Positions 11,414 to 22,640 are shown, counted from the first letter of the stretch. The stretch is 64,000 nucleotides of DNA from an uncultured Planctomycetaceae bacterium (GCA_963785305.1 CAWAUV010000007.1:1600001-1664000); one strand, 5' to 3'. Notes: generated by a model not told the origin, from the letters alone. Made by a program: numbers and translations.

Positions 11414-13663
11414 ATGGGTTCTCGGCTCCCGGCCTACGATCAATTCGGCGACCAGACCAGCGAATCGAGCGCCGGCGTTACTTACAGTTATGCCTACGAT
11501 TTGCTTGGCGACATGCTCAGCGCCGCCGGCACGACCGGAACCGAAACGCTGGTCTACAACGCCGACGGCGAGGCGACCGCCGATTCGTTCACCGGCAACG
11601 GTTACAATGGACCGGTCACGCTCACGAACACGTACGATCCGCTTGGCGAGCGGACCACGAGTTCGCTCACGCTCGGCGGCGTGGCCGACTACGTGAACAG
11701 CTATTCTTACGACGGCGCCGGCAACGAAACGGGCGTCGCGCAGCAAGGCCAAGCCGGCGGCGATTATGTGGCGCCGAAGAGCGCCCTCATGACCTACGAC
11801 ACCGCCGGCGACTTGCTCGGCGTGACCCGTTACAACGGGGCGAACGCCAGCAGCCCGATCGTCGCGTCCAGCGCTTACAAGTATGACGCCAACGGCAACC
11901 TCGCGAGCCTCGTCGACACGGCGCAAGGCGCCACGCTTGCCGGTTATGCCTGGAGCTACAACGTGCAAGGCGAGGTGGCCGCGTTCACCAACAGCCAGCA
12001 CGCCGGCGAAAACCTCATCTACGGCTACGATCCGGCGGGCCAGCTCACCGGCGTGACCGGCGTCAACGATCCCTCGCTCGATGAAGGTTATGTCTTCGAC
12101 GCCAACGGCAACCGCCAATCAGCGACCACCGACGCGACGACCGCCGGCTCGTCGAGCGGCGCGAACAACATGCTAATCACCGACGGCACGTACACATACC
12201 AGTACGACGCCGAAGGCAACCGCATCGAAGAGACCAGCATCGCCACCGGCGCGTACACGACCTATGCCTACGACTTCCTCCAGCAACTCACGACCGTCAC
12301 CAGCTACACGAGCGCCGGCGCGGTGACGCAGACGGTGAACTACACCTACGACGCCCAGGGCCGGCAAATCTCGGAGACCGTCTCAGTGGCCGGCGGCGCC
12401 ACGACCACGACCAAGTTCATCTACGATGGCGAAAACATCGTCGCGACTTTGGATGGAACCAACGCGCTGACGAACCGGTATTTGGATGGCCCGTCCGTCG
12501 ATCAAGTCTTCGCCGACGAGCAATTCACGCCAACGAGCGCGGGCCAAATGCCAAGCGCCGCCGGCGCGACGATTTGGCCCTTGGTGGACAACCAGGGGAC
12601 GGACCGCGACTTGGTGGAGTATAATGCGGCGACGGGGGTCACGAGCGTTGTCGACCACATCACGTACAGCGGCTTCGGAGCGGTGACGAGCGAGACGAAC
12701 GCGGCCGTCGATTACCTCTTCGGCTACACCGGCTTCGTGCGAGATTTGGCGACCGGCCTCGACCAAAGCCAGTCGCGAGAATACGATCCCCTCGACGGTG
12801 TCTGGACCCAACAAGACCCGATCGGCTTCGCGGGCGGACAAGCCAACCTGAGCGCGTACGTCGGCAACGCGCCCACGAATGAAATTGATCCGACTGGCTT
12901 GGCGGGTTTGATTGAAACTCCTGGTGGCGGAGAAATTCACGTTTTGGTTACGGGGGCCGTTATTGTCAATAAGGATTCGGAGACAGGTCATACACCGAAT
13001 CCGATGGAACTCGACGTGATTAACGATATGCGGGGGCAAGTCGTCGACTTTAATACTCCCGCCTGGAAGTATGCAATCGAAACAGGTTACACGCGAGTGA
13101 TCGTATCGGATGTGCTGCACCCGGAAGAAGCCCGGCGTCGTTCAGCTTTCTTCGCGGTGGGCGCAATGGGGATGATGGATATCGTCGGCGGTACGCGGCT
13201 AGCCCCACCGCTGGGACAGACGAATTCCGTTCGAGTAACTGTCCCGGGGCCTATCGCCAACCCATCAGCGAGCCCTTCTGCCCGTGTCCGTTCTGCGGAG
13301 GCCAGTGTCAGATTCGACACAATCCCGCCCGGGCGGCGGCTTCAGACCTATTACCCGCCGAATCGCGGTTTCCTCAGCGACCCTGTGAAGCAGACGTTGC
13401 AGCCGGGTGTCATCGTCGATAGATACGGTCTCGATCGTGGCTCGTTTGTCGCTCCGGCTGGCACTCCATTTGAAGCTCGCTCGCTCGCGCCGGCTTCCGC
13501 TGGCGCGCCCTACAACGTCTTCCGAGTGGTTAAACCGATCGAAGTTGACGCCGGAGTTGCGGCACCATGGTTTGTTCAACCCGGGCTGGGACCGCAATAC
13601 GAACTACCTGCGCGTGTCAGCGACTTGCTTAAATCAGGCCACATTGAGAGAGTAACGCCATGA
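11414..13663 (+). CDS. Orphan Rhs module with TNT-family (DUF4237) NAD+ glycohydrolase toxin; its core is a near-identical ~1.4-kb copy of ~8675-10080
   Basis: YPPNRGF...LQPGVIVDRYG..RGSFVAPAGTPFEARSL...YNVFRVVKP...APWF.QPGLG.QY. Confidence 0.88.
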   Translation: MGSRLPAYDQFGDQTSESSAGVTYSYAYDLLGDMLSAAGTTGTETLVYNADGEATADSFTGNGYNGPVTLTNTYDPLGERTTSSLTLGGVADYVNSYSYDGAGNETGVAQQGQAGGDYVAPKSALMTYDTAGDLLGVTRYNGANASSPIVASSAYKYDANGNLASLVDTAQGATLAGYAWSYNVQGEVAAFTNSQHAGENLIYGYDPAGQLTGVTGVNDPSLDEGYVFDANGNRQSATTDATTAGSSSGANNMLITDGTYTYQYDAEGNRIEETSIATGAYTTYAYDFLQQLTTVTSYTSAGAVTQTVNYTYDAQGRQISETVSVAGGATTTTKFIYDGENIVATLDGTNALTNRYLDGPSVDQVFADEQFTPTSAGQMPSAAGATIWPLVDNQGTDRDLVEYNAATGVTSVVDHITYSGFGAVTSETNAAVDYLFGYTGFVRDLATGLDQSQSREYDPLDGVWTQQDPIGFAGGQANLSAYVGNAPTNEIDPTGLAGLIETPGGGEIHVLVTGAVIVNKDSETGHTPNPMELDVINDMRGQVVDFNTPAWKYAIETGYTRVIVSDVLHPEEARRRSAFFAVGAMGMMDIVGGTRLAPPLGQTNSVRVTVPGPIANPSASPSARVRSAEASVRFDTIPPGRRLQTYYPPNRGFLSDPVKQTLQPGVIVDRYGLDRGSFVAPAGTPFEARSLAPASAGAPYNVFRVVKPIEVDAGVAAPWFVQPGLGPQYELPARVSDLLKSGHIERVTP

Positions 13664-13896
13664 ACAAGAACGAACTTCAAACGGTGTTAGATCAGGAAGG
13701 TTTTCGCTCCGATTGCTACGACCTTGATGGCGGATTGTTGCCCGAGCGGTTGACGCTCGCGAACGAAGGAGACAAATGGGCCGTCTACTACAGCGAACGT
13801 GGCCAACAGACGGGTAAACGGTACTTTGCTACCGAGAGCGAGGCTTGCGAATACTTTCTCGAAGAGTTGCGAGATGAGCCATCGGCGAAGGCATAA
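13660..13896 (+). CDS. Small immunity protein for the TNT toxin
   Basis: ATGA overlap with the toxin stop; WAVYYSERG...F..ESEAC. Confidence 0.75.
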   Translation: MNKNELQTVLDQEGFRSDCYDLDGGLLPERLTLANEGDKWAVYYSERGQQTGKRYFATESEACEYFLEELRDEPSAKA

Positions 13897-13995
13897 TCAT
13901 TTAATCATTTAACCCTGTCCCGCCCGAAAATCGTCTACCGGCTACGTGTCTCTCCCGAAAACCACGTCCGAGAGGAGTAGCAATCTCAAGTAGGG

Positions 13996-15576
13996 TTGAC
14001 TTCGTGGCGTTGGCTTCGACGGAGTTCAAGGGAAACGGGCGTCGCGCAGCAGGGCCAGGCCGGCGGCGATTACGTGGCGCCCAAGAGCGTCGGCATGATC
14101 TACGACGCCGAAGGCAACCGCGTCGAGGAAACCGACATCGCCACCGGCGCGTACACCACCTATGCGTACGACTTCCGCCAAGACCTGACGAGCGTCACCA
14201 GCTACACGAGCGCCGGCGTGGTGACGCAGGTCGTCGACTATACGTACGACGCCCAGGGGAGGCAGATTTCGGAGAGCGTCGCCGCCGGCGGAACGACCAC
14301 CGAAACGAAATTCGTCTACGACGGCGAAGCGATCGTCGCCACGCTCGACGGAACCAACGCGCTGACGAACCGGTATCTCGACGGCCCGGCGGTGGATCAA
14401 GTCTTCGCCGACGAGCAGTTCACGCCGACCAGCGCCGGCGAAATGCCGACCGCGGCCGGAACCGTCATTTGGCCCTTGGTGGACAACCAGGGCACCGACC
14501 GCGACTTGGTGGAGTATAATGCGGCGACGGGGGAAACGACGGTCGTCGATCACATCACCTACAACAGCTTCGGCACGGTGACGAGCGAGACGAACCCCGC
14601 GATCGACTATCTGTTCGGCTACACCGGCTTCGTGCAAGACCTCGCGACGGGATTGGACCAAAGCCAGTCGCGCGAATACGACCCGCTCGACGGTCTTTGG
14701 ACCCAGCAAGACCCCATCGGGTTTGGCGGCGGACAAGCGAATTTGAGCGCGTACGTCGGCAACGGGCCGACGAACGGGGTCGATCCAAGCGGGAATTTCA
14801 CGATTGTAAGAACAAACGATCAAAGGAATCAGATTTTAGCGAAAGCAACGACTGAGCTTGATGCAGCAGTTGCGGCTGGAACGATCACAAACGACGAGAA
14901 AGAGCTGCGACTTTACATCGTGACGGCAGTGTTAAGCGGTAAAATAGGCCAACAGGGCAGCACACCCGATAAACGCGATCTAACTCAATGGGAGTTGCGG
15001 GGAGAAAAAGATGAAGAAACGTGGGAATTCTCAAAATCCGGAACACCTACAAAGGCAATGCTCGACGCATACCAGAAAACCGGCGACGACCAGTACTGTA
15101 CAATGTGCCGCGGCGCGGCTCGACTAAACAACCTGAAAGGGCAAGTCGACTACGCAATGAAACACGGTACCGCGGCGCAATTAAACGATTATCTCCAAGG
15201 GAAGTCGCTCGACGACTTGTTTCCCGATCCAAATTACGACAAAGGCGTAACGCCAGGCAAATTCGAAACTGTAACATATTACGAGAAAGGATTTGATCCC
15301 TCCGATCTGCTCCCTGGAGATCAAGTGTGGGTCAAGAATCCGGCATTTGATTCGATTCCTAAATCGGTCCGAGATGCAAATACGGGAGACGAAGGTAGTA
15401 ACAAGATATACGTCGGCGCAGGACTATTTAGCCAGCCGTATGGGTCAGACAAGGCGGGCGTTGTCCTCGTTACATATCCCGAATTCCGTGAAAGCGTTTC
15501 CGGATATGCTGGAAATCCGCAGGAGTCGACATTAAAAATTAATCGAGTGCAACGTCCGCAAGTCCCTTCCTTTTAA
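13996..15576 (+). CDS. Orphan Rhs module (internally deleted core) with a putative Tgl/transglutaminase-like cysteine-enzyme toxin
   Basis: Core ends DPSG; CT has CTMCRGAA...DLLPGDQVWVKNP...EGSNKIYVGAGLF. Confidence 0.65.
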   Translation: MTSWRWLRRSSRETGVAQQGQAGGDYVAPKSVGMIYDAEGNRVEETDIATGAYTTYAYDFRQDLTSVTSYTSAGVVTQVVDYTYDAQGRQISESVAAGGTTTETKFVYDGEAIVATLDGTNALTNRYLDGPAVDQVFADEQFTPTSAGEMPTAAGTVIWPLVDNQGTDRDLVEYNAATGETTVVDHITYNSFGTVTSETNPAIDYLFGYTGFVQDLATGLDQSQSREYDPLDGLWTQQDPIGFGGGQANLSAYVGNGPTNGVDPSGNFTIVRTNDQRNQILAKATTELDAAVAAGTITNDEKELRLYIVTAVLSGKIGQQGSTPDKRDLTQWELRGEKDEETWEFSKSGTPTKAMLDAYQKTGDDQYCTMCRGAARLNNLKGQVDYAMKHGTAAQLNDYLQGKSLDDLFPDPNYDKGVTPGKFETVTYYEKGFDPSDLLPGDQVWVKNPAFDSIPKSVRDANTGDEGSNKIYVGAGLFSQPYGSDKAGVVLVTYPEFRESVSGYAGNPQESTLKINRVQRPQVPSF

Positions 15577-15587
15577 AGAACACCATC

Positions 15588-16412
15588 GTGGCGCTAACTT
15601 GCTGTCGTCACGGTGGCAAACACACGAGTAAAGAAATGATCGCACACAAAGTTCCACTAATAACATTCGCTGCTTTGCTGGGGATTGTTACAAATAGTCT
15701 CCTCTATGCCGCCGACCCTACTGAGGATTCCGTTGCAAAGGTACTGTCTGAGAAATGCACCGATGCGGGCGAAAAAATACTGCACTCGTTGAAGTCAGCA
15801 AATCTTCCGCCGAAAATTGAAAATATTGCTGATGGCGCGTTTAGCAAGCCTCTGTTTCCGGAAGATTTTGATTGGAACGAGTACTACCGTGTAAATAGAG
15901 TGATCCGAGACGTCGGCCGCAACGCCACCGAACTATGGCCGTGTTTGCTTGATCATTTGACGGACGACGCGTATTGCATCACCACCAATTACGATAGTAG
16001 TTACGCGCATAACGAAAGCGTTGGTGATATTTGTTTTCTTGCTGTCACAAGTTGGTTAAACGGCTGCTATCGGCATAGCGCTCCATCGGATCGCCCTGTA
16101 TGGTGGAGAGTGGGCCCTGGCAATCAAAACCGAGAGCTGCTACGCGACTGGTGTCGAGCGCGGCGCGAAAAACAAATGTACGAATTACAAATCGATGCCG
16201 CCGAATGGGTGATACCCTTCATCGTAGACGAAGTGAAAGCTCCGTCGGACACAAAAGAAGCGTGTATTGATGAAATCGAAAAGAAGCTCGCCGCGTTGAG
16301 AGAAAGCCGCAAGCCAATACCTGGTTATGTTTTTATTACAGGCATTAGCCTTTTTTCCTCCAAAAAAGCTCATCGAATGACAGATGATTCCCGGGATCAG
16401 GATTCGCGATGA
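15588..16412 (+). CDS. Exported immunity protein, homologous to 20601..21287; likely start ATG ~15636
   Basis: Signal-peptide-like N-terminus; WPCLLDHLTDDAY...VGDIC...YELQIDA. Confidence 0.7.
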   Translation: MALTCCRHGGKHTSKEMIAHKVPLITFAALLGIVTNSLLYAADPTEDSVAKVLSEKCTDAGEKILHSLKSANLPPKIENIADGAFSKPLFPEDFDWNEYYRVNRVIRDVGRNATELWPCLLDHLTDDAYCITTNYDSSYAHNESVGDICFLAVTSWLNGCYRHSAPSDRPVWWRVGPGNQNRELLRDWCRARREKQMYELQIDAAEWVIPFIVDEVKAPSDTKEACIDEIEKKLAALRESRKPIPGYVFITGISLFSSKKAHRMTDDSRDQDSR

Positions 16413-16534
16413 TTACAGCGGGGGCGTTCGCGGGGACGAGTGAGACGGACGCCGCGATCGACGGCCTATTCGGCTACGTTTGTCCCTTGTCCCTCCCGAA
16501 GACCTTAACGGCGGGGATGGCGATCCCGATTAGC

Positions 16535-17015
16535 GTTCGCCGACGAGCAGTTCACGCCGACCGGCGCCGGCGAAATGCCGAGCGCGGCGGGAACAGTCAT
16601 TTGGCCCTTGGTGGACAACCAGGGGACGGACCGCGACTTGGTGGAGTATAATGCGGCGACGGGGGTCACGAGCGTTGTCGACCACATCACCTACAGCGGC
16701 TTCGGAGCGGTGACGAGCGAGACGAACGCGGCCGTCGATTACCTCTCGGCTACACCGGCTTCGTCCGCGACGTTGCCACCGGGCTCGATCAAAGCGAGTC
16801 GCGTGAATATGACCCACTGAACGGAATTTGGACGCAAGAAGATCCAATCGGCTTCGCGGGAGGACAGGCGAACCTGAGCCAGTACGTCGGCAACGGGCCG
16901 ACGAACGGAATGGACCCGACGGGCATGTACGATGCGGACGTACATTTTTATATGACGTACTACTTAGCGTCCGAGGTCGGATTAACAACCGCAACAATGT
17001 ATGCCCGGACCATCG
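16535..17015 (+). pseudogene. Degenerate orphan Rhs core; CT (MYDADVHFYMTYYLASEVG...) cut off after ~30 codons at motif A
   Basis: FADEQFTPT...QEDPIGFAGG...DPTG; frameshift ~16746. Confidence 0.75.
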
Positions 17016-17034
17016 ACAATCCAAAGGGGTCAGG
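17014..17034 (+). repeat. Motif A 5' half, left-array variant GA(A)CAATCCAAAGGGGTCAGG; intron 5' exon; also at 23248, 29194, 29213, 29881
   Basis: Same ~20-mer before every + strand intron copy, with unrelated DNA upstream each time. Confidence 0.9.
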
Positions 17035-18968
17035 GTGCGCCGGCGCGAAGCCGGAGGAGAGTCGCGAATGAAAGAGTCGCACGAGGCAAGGCCTAGCCAG
17101 CCACCTCGGCCTCGAGTGATGCGTCGTGTCGGGCAACTGGCAGGGCGAAGCGTTCACAGAGGCACGGCCGGGCGGTGTATCGAGCTCCGAAAACATTCTT
17201 TTGTGGCGGCCGACCTTGTCCTGACCCCGTCGCTCGATTCATGCGGGAAGGCAACAGTGATGTCGAACGATCATGGCGAGTCCGACGTCTCCCCCACGGA
17301 GTCCGGGACCACCCGCACGGCCGGAAACTTTTCTCGCGGAAGCCGGGAGATCCCGGGAACATCCGCTTCGCTTGAAGCGGATCGGTCGGAGAAGGCGCGA
17401 GGCCACAAGTCCGACATGCACGTTCCCGGGGAGTCAGACAGTTCCATAGTACCAAAGAAGCAGGCGAACAACGACAGCGTGCCGCTGTCGGCGGAGCCCG
17501 TGGAGGGAAGGGAGCTGACCGAGGAGAACGCCGAGCAGTCGCTACTGGACCGGACACACGCCGGGCTCCCAGGTCGCGCGGACTGCTGGGCGTGCGAGAA
17601 GCGGCACAACGCGACAAGAAGATGCGGTTCAACAATCTGCTGAACCATGTCACGCCCGAACTGCTGGTGGCGAGTTTCTTCGACCTGAAGAAGCAAGCCG
17701 CGCCCGGCGTCGATGGCCTGACATGGGCTCAATACGCCACCGATTTCGAAACGCGGATCGACGATCCGCACAGTCGAATCCATCGGGGAGCCTATCGAGC
17801 CAGGCCGTCCAAGCGAACTTGGATTCCCAAGCTCGACGGCAAGCCGCGGCCCCTCGGGATCGCGGCGCTGGAGGACAAGATCGTCCAGCAAGCCGTACGG
17901 ACGATCCTGGAGTGCATCTACGAAGAGGACTTTCTGGGTTTCAGTTACGGCTTTCGTCCTGGACGAAGCTGTCACCGAGCCTTGGACGCGCTCTACGTGG
18001 GCATCAAGAAGCGGAAAGTGAACTGGATTTTGGATGCGGACATCCGCGGCTTCTTCGACAACATCGACCACGCATGGTTGATGAAGTTCCTGGAGCATCG
18101 GATCGCCGACCGACGACTGCTTCGGCTGCTGAAGAAATGGCTTCGAGCCGGAGTGTCGGAAGATGGCGAATGGTCCCCGAGCACCGTGGGAACACCTCAA
18201 GGAGCGGTGATTTCGCCGCTCTATTCGAACGTGTTCTTGCACTATGTTCTGGACCTGTGGCTGGTGGCGTGGCGGAAACGCCATGCCGTGGGCGAGGTCA
18301 TCATCGTGCGCTATGCGGACGATTTCGTAGTCGGATTCCGCGAGGAGTCCGACGCGCGACGCTGCCTGGCGGCGCTCCGGGAACGCTTCACCAAATTCGG
18401 TTTGGAACCGCACCCGGAGAAGACGCGGCTGATCGAGTTCGGACGCTATGCGGCCGAACGACGATCGAAGCGTGGCGATGGCCCACCGGAGACATTCGAC
18501 TTCCTGGGCTTCACCCACATCAGTGGCGTGACCCGGAAGGGCGAATTCACCATTCGCCGCATCTCATCGGCCAAGAAGTTTCGTGGCAAACTGCGCAAAC
18601 TGAAAGAAGCGCTGCGCGGGAAAATGCACATGGACTTGCGCAAGTCGGGCCATGGATATCGAGCGTTTACCGGGGATGGCTCAATTACCATGCGATTCCC
18701 GGCAACTCGGTGCGATTGCAACAATTCCGCACGGCGCTCCAGAAACTCTGGCTCCGCATGCTGCGGCGACGCAGCCAACGCGGACGCCGGATGACCTGGC
18801 GGAAGTTCTCGCAGCTTTGCAAACGATGGCTTCCCACCCCGAAAATCCTGCATCCTTATCCCGAAGTGCGGTTTGATCGTTTGTATCCAAGGTAGGAGCC
18901 GTATGCGGTAGTTCCGCACGTACGGATCTGTGCGGGGGGTGGCCCGAAAGGGCCATCCCTACCGCGAT
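17035..18968 (+). mobile_element. Group II intron copy 1 (IIB/class E-like, no En domain)
   Basis: 5' GTGCG; domain V GAGCCGTATGCGGTAGTTCCGCACGTACGGATC; domain VI ends ...CCCTACCGCGAT. Confidence 0.93.
17592..18895 (+). CDS. ltrA: Group II intron reverse transcriptase/maturase; 1-bp frameshift ~18637, possibly a sequencing error
   Basis: GTPQGAVISP, RYADD, C-terminal WLPTPKILHPYP. Confidence 0.88.
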
Positions 18969-19124
18969 AGTCATTGATTTAACTGATAACCGGTGTTTGA
19001 CTCGCGAGCAGACAGCGTTTTATCTTCGACGACCCGGCGGACAGCGGCTCCGCTGGCGGACGCCAAGCCGTGTTCCAGTTCCAAACCACCGGCGATGGCG
19101 CGAGCGCTCCGCGCCCAGCGCGGC

Positions 19125-20558
19125 GAATCTCACCGATCGCTATCTCTGGGGACCGGCGGTCGATCAGCTTTTGGCCGACGAGCAAGTCACCGACCCGAGC
19201 ACGCCCGGCAACATCTTGTGGACACTCGACGACGGCCAAAACACGGTCCGCGACACGGTCGATTCAAGCGGCGCGATTCAAGACCACATCACTACAACGC
19301 CTTCGGCCAACCGGTCAGCCACACGGCCCTCGATCCCGCGGCGGTCGACGTCGCCTTCGGCGACGACGGCCTGTTCACCGACGCCACCACCGGCGACGAC
19401 TTCGCCGTGAACCGGGTGTACAATCCGGCAAGCGCAACTTGGAACACGCCGGATCCGGCGCAAGCCGACGTAAACACCTACCGCGCCTTCGGCAACAGCC
19501 CGACGAATGCCACGGACCCCAGTGGTTTGGACATCGTCTTAAACGACGAAAGCTCCCAGCAGTTCGTCAAGATTCTCAAAGATGACCGTTGGGGCGACAA
19601 TCGGATCCCGTATAACATGAAGGCAATGCCCAACAATACGGTCGTATTCACCCTCGGGCCGGGCCCCGATGGGACGACGGCCAAACCGAGTTCCGATTGG
19701 GATACGATTACCGACGAATCGCGTTCGGTGATTTCCAGCATGCTGGCCAATGGACAAACATTCGAGTATTCAGGTGTCAATGACCTTATACGCGACGTTA
19801 AGCTGCTCCGGAATGTCGTCGATAATGTCCGCAATTTCCCAATTGAATTCGCGGCCGACGACCCGATGATCGACGATCCGCATTTCAATGAGAATGGAGA
19901 CGTTATCCCCGGGGTTCGGCCAAGTGCTGCCCTCCGGGCGGTGTACGAGAGGATGGCCGAAGGCGAATTCACTCCTATCATGGCGTGTCGAAACGGAGCG
20001 CAGATGCACGTGATGAAGGCCGTGCTTGACGTCTACGGCGACGAAGCGTTCGATAATGCCATGGGATTCAAGGAAGGGAGTGAAGAACCGTTCGAGATAT
20101 TCAACACGAAGAAGTACTTCGGCGATAATCCGGTATTTACGAGGTCGATTGAGGCGAACGGCCCGCAAAGCGTTGTTCCTGGAGAGTACGTCTGGGCTCG
20201 TGGGAACCAAAATGATGGAGTGCTGCCCGGATACGAAGGGTCGAATTTTATAATCGGACCGGGTAATACCGTGCCAGATCTCTGGGGCGGAAGCATTAGC
20301 CTTGGGAACCATCTTACAGACGTGTACCTTTATCGTTTCCGTTGGGACAGCGGCGTAAAGCCGGATGGAGAGGGCATGCCGTCTTGGTCGGAATTTGACG
20401 AAACACGGGATAATTTGCGGCCGGATTTCTCTAACTCAGAAGCGCGGGCAATGAGGACTGAGCAACTTACACATGCGGATGGCGAAGGAGATGGAGTTCT
20501 GCTTAATGAACGGAAGATTCCGGCGCTGAATCCGCTCAAGCCCTCGGAAGATCAATGA
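19125..20558 (+). pseudogene. Orphan Rhs module (second core type, frameshift ~19290) with a second Tgl-like CT
   Basis: NLTDRYLWGPAVDQLLADE...TPDPAQADVNTYRAFGNSPTNATDPSG; CT MACRNGA...VVPGEYVW...EGSNFII. Confidence 0.7.
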
Positions 20559-20600
20559 ACGTCGACGCGTTTCGCAACTACGGCAGGAGACGGTTCTATC

Positions 20601-21287
20601 ATGAAATGGCGACTGTTTTGTCTTGGTTTTGCGCTTTCGTCGGCAATATATTTTCCGGAGCGCGGGTGTCCGCAAGAATCCACGGACTCGAAAGCTCGAT
20701 CGATCGCGGAACTTTGCGAGTCGCTCGCATCGTCGAACCCGGTGCCGATGCCAACGCATGATCCTTTCTCGAAATTCACACTGCCCGATGGTTACGACAC
20801 TCACAAGAGAGATGCCATTGTGCAATCCATAAAAATGCTCCTAGACGCGGGCGTCGTTGCATTTCCGGAGCTTGTCGGGCATTGCCGCGATAAACGATAT
20901 TCCCTAACGCAGTATACCCTAGCAGGCGGGGTTGGAAACCAAACCGTCGGGCAGGTGTGCTGGCGGATACTTGAATCTCAAGTCCGTGCGGGGATTCCCG
21001 GCGACACAAAATATCGCCATTCATTCAGTGTCCCGGGCGACGCTACCGCGTGGTGGGAAGAACGCAAGCATTTCTCATTATGGGAGCTGCAAGCGGATGC
21101 GATGGAAGCCAAGCTCCATAGCCTGCGGCGGATAGCGGAACAAGAGAAACCGCCACGCACGAAATGGGAGAAAGCCGATCGAGCGCAGCTTTCAAGTGTA
21201 ATTCACAAGCTAGAGACAAACCTATCGGAGATCAAAGCAACTCGCAAGCCGTTCCCCGCGCGATTGAGGCTTAAAGGGATTCAGTGA
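20601..21287 (+). CDS. Exported immunity protein, homologous to 15588..16412
   Basis: MKWRLFCLGF signal-like start; FPELVGHCRDKRY...VGQVC...WELQADA. Confidence 0.72.
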   Translation: MKWRLFCLGFALSSAIYFPERGCPQESTDSKARSIAELCESLASSNPVPMPTHDPFSKFTLPDGYDTHKRDAIVQSIKMLLDAGVVAFPELVGHCRDKRYSLTQYTLAGGVGNQTVGQVCWRILESQVRAGIPGDTKYRHSFSVPGDATAWWEERKHFSLWELQADAMEAKLHSLRRIAEQEKPPRTKWEKADRAQLSSVIHKLETNLSEIKATRKPFPARLRLKGIQ

Positions 21288-21290
21288 AGA

Positions 21291-21450
21291 CGTGTCCCTC
21301 CCGAAAACCTCGTCGGAAGGGGGCGGTCCCAAGTAGCGTCGTTGTGGGAGATCGGCTTACGCGGGGCGCAAGAAGAAAAACTCTTGCGTTGGAATGAAAA
21401 CAGGCCCGGAGGGCCTGTTTTCATTCGCTGCGCGCGGCGTTGCCTTCGGC
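21291..21450 (+). repeat. Junction element B: TGTCCCTCCCGAAAAC ... 16-bp-stem hairpin (21392-21426) ... TTGCCTTCGGC
   Basis: Homologous inverted copy at 61437-61624; head motif alone at ~13914, ~13946, ~16488. Confidence 0.7.
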
Positions 21451-22635
21451 TACGACGGCCTGTTCACCGACGCCACCACCGGCGACGACTTCGCCGTGAA
21501 TCGGGTGTACGATCCATCGAGCGGGACCTGGAACACGCCGGATCCGGCGCAAGCCGACGTAAACACCTACCGCGCCTTCGGCAACAGCCCGACGAACGAG
21601 GTCGATCCCGAAGGGCTGGAGCCCTACGCGAACGCTCCGAGTCGCGAGGAGCGGTTCAACGCGGAATGGGAACGAATCGGGCGCGAGTATTTATCGATCA
21701 TCACGCCGGGCGAATTCGGCGAGCAGCAAGCGAAGGAACTGACCGACTACATTAATCAATCGCTTGATTTCGAGGCAAAATTCACCACTTGGTTCAATTC
21801 GCTGCCGCCCGCGGAACGATACAGCACTGATCCGTCACCGAGCGTGCTTAGTTTGGCGCCGACTGCGCCGGCGTTTTTGCAAGGCGCGATGAAGAAGGCG
21901 GCGGATTACAAGGCGTTTTTGAGCACTCAGCCCTCGATCGTCGCGGTTTCGCCCGATGAGGCCGGCGCCGGTTTCGTTCGGGCCTATGAAAACAATCCGA
22001 ATACGGTGTATGTTAAAGGCGGGAATGCAGCGGCGGAGTATGGAAAATCGATCGCGCGGATGGGGATGCGTCGCGACGCGAACGTGTTGGCATCGCAAGG
22101 CGCGGTTGTCGGCACGATGGCGTTGATGCTCGACCCCACCCGATCAGGCCGCGGCAACCTTGACGACGCGCTGATAATGGCATCGGGCTTCGCGAAAGGG
22201 ACGATCCCCGCCTTTGATCCGCTCGTCGGCCCGGAGACACCAAATAAACTCGCCAGCCCAGGAGAAAACGCGGCGGAGGGGAATGCTCCAAAATACAGTG
22301 CATCTCTCGGCAAAGCTGCATCCAACGACTACAAAGCCACGTTCTTCAAGGCGAATCCATCCCTTGAAGGCGAGGTTGTCGTCCATCATGCCATACCGCA
22401 GAAGGTCTTAAATCAATATCCTGGGATCATCACTGAGGCTGAACTGCATTCGCTACAAAATCTGAGAGGTATTCCCAAGTCGATCAACTCCGACGTGCAT
22501 CTGAGCAAAATCGCAAAGGAATGGAATGAGTTTTACCGGACGCATCCAACTGCGACCAAAGAGCAGCTTCTCCAAAAGGCGACTGAAATTGACTTGAAGT
22601 ATGGCACGCAGTTCACGCGACCGGTGGGAGGCTGA
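21394..22635 (+). CDS. Orphan Rhs tip with an HNH-like nuclease toxin
   Basis: DPEG, then VVVHHAIPQ...LHSLQNLRGIPK..NS.VHLS.I.KEWNEFY. Confidence 0.7.
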   Translation: MKTGPEGLFSFAARGVAFGYDGLFTDATTGDDFAVNRVYDPSSGTWNTPDPAQADVNTYRAFGNSPTNEVDPEGLEPYANAPSREERFNAEWERIGREYLSIITPGEFGEQQAKELTDYINQSLDFEAKFTTWFNSLPPAERYSTDPSPSVLSLAPTAPAFLQGAMKKAADYKAFLSTQPSIVAVSPDEAGAGFVRAYENNPNTVYVKGGNAAAEYGKSIARMGMRRDANVLASQGAVVGTMALMLDPTRSGRGNLDDALIMASGFAKGTIPAFDPLVGPETPNKLASPGENAAEGNAPKYSASLGKAASNDYKATFFKANPSLEGEVVVHHAIPQKVLNQYPGIITEAELHSLQNLRGIPKSINSDVHLSKIAKEWNEFYRTHPTATKEQLLQKATEIDLKYGTQFTRPVGG

Positions 22636-22640
22636 ACAGC

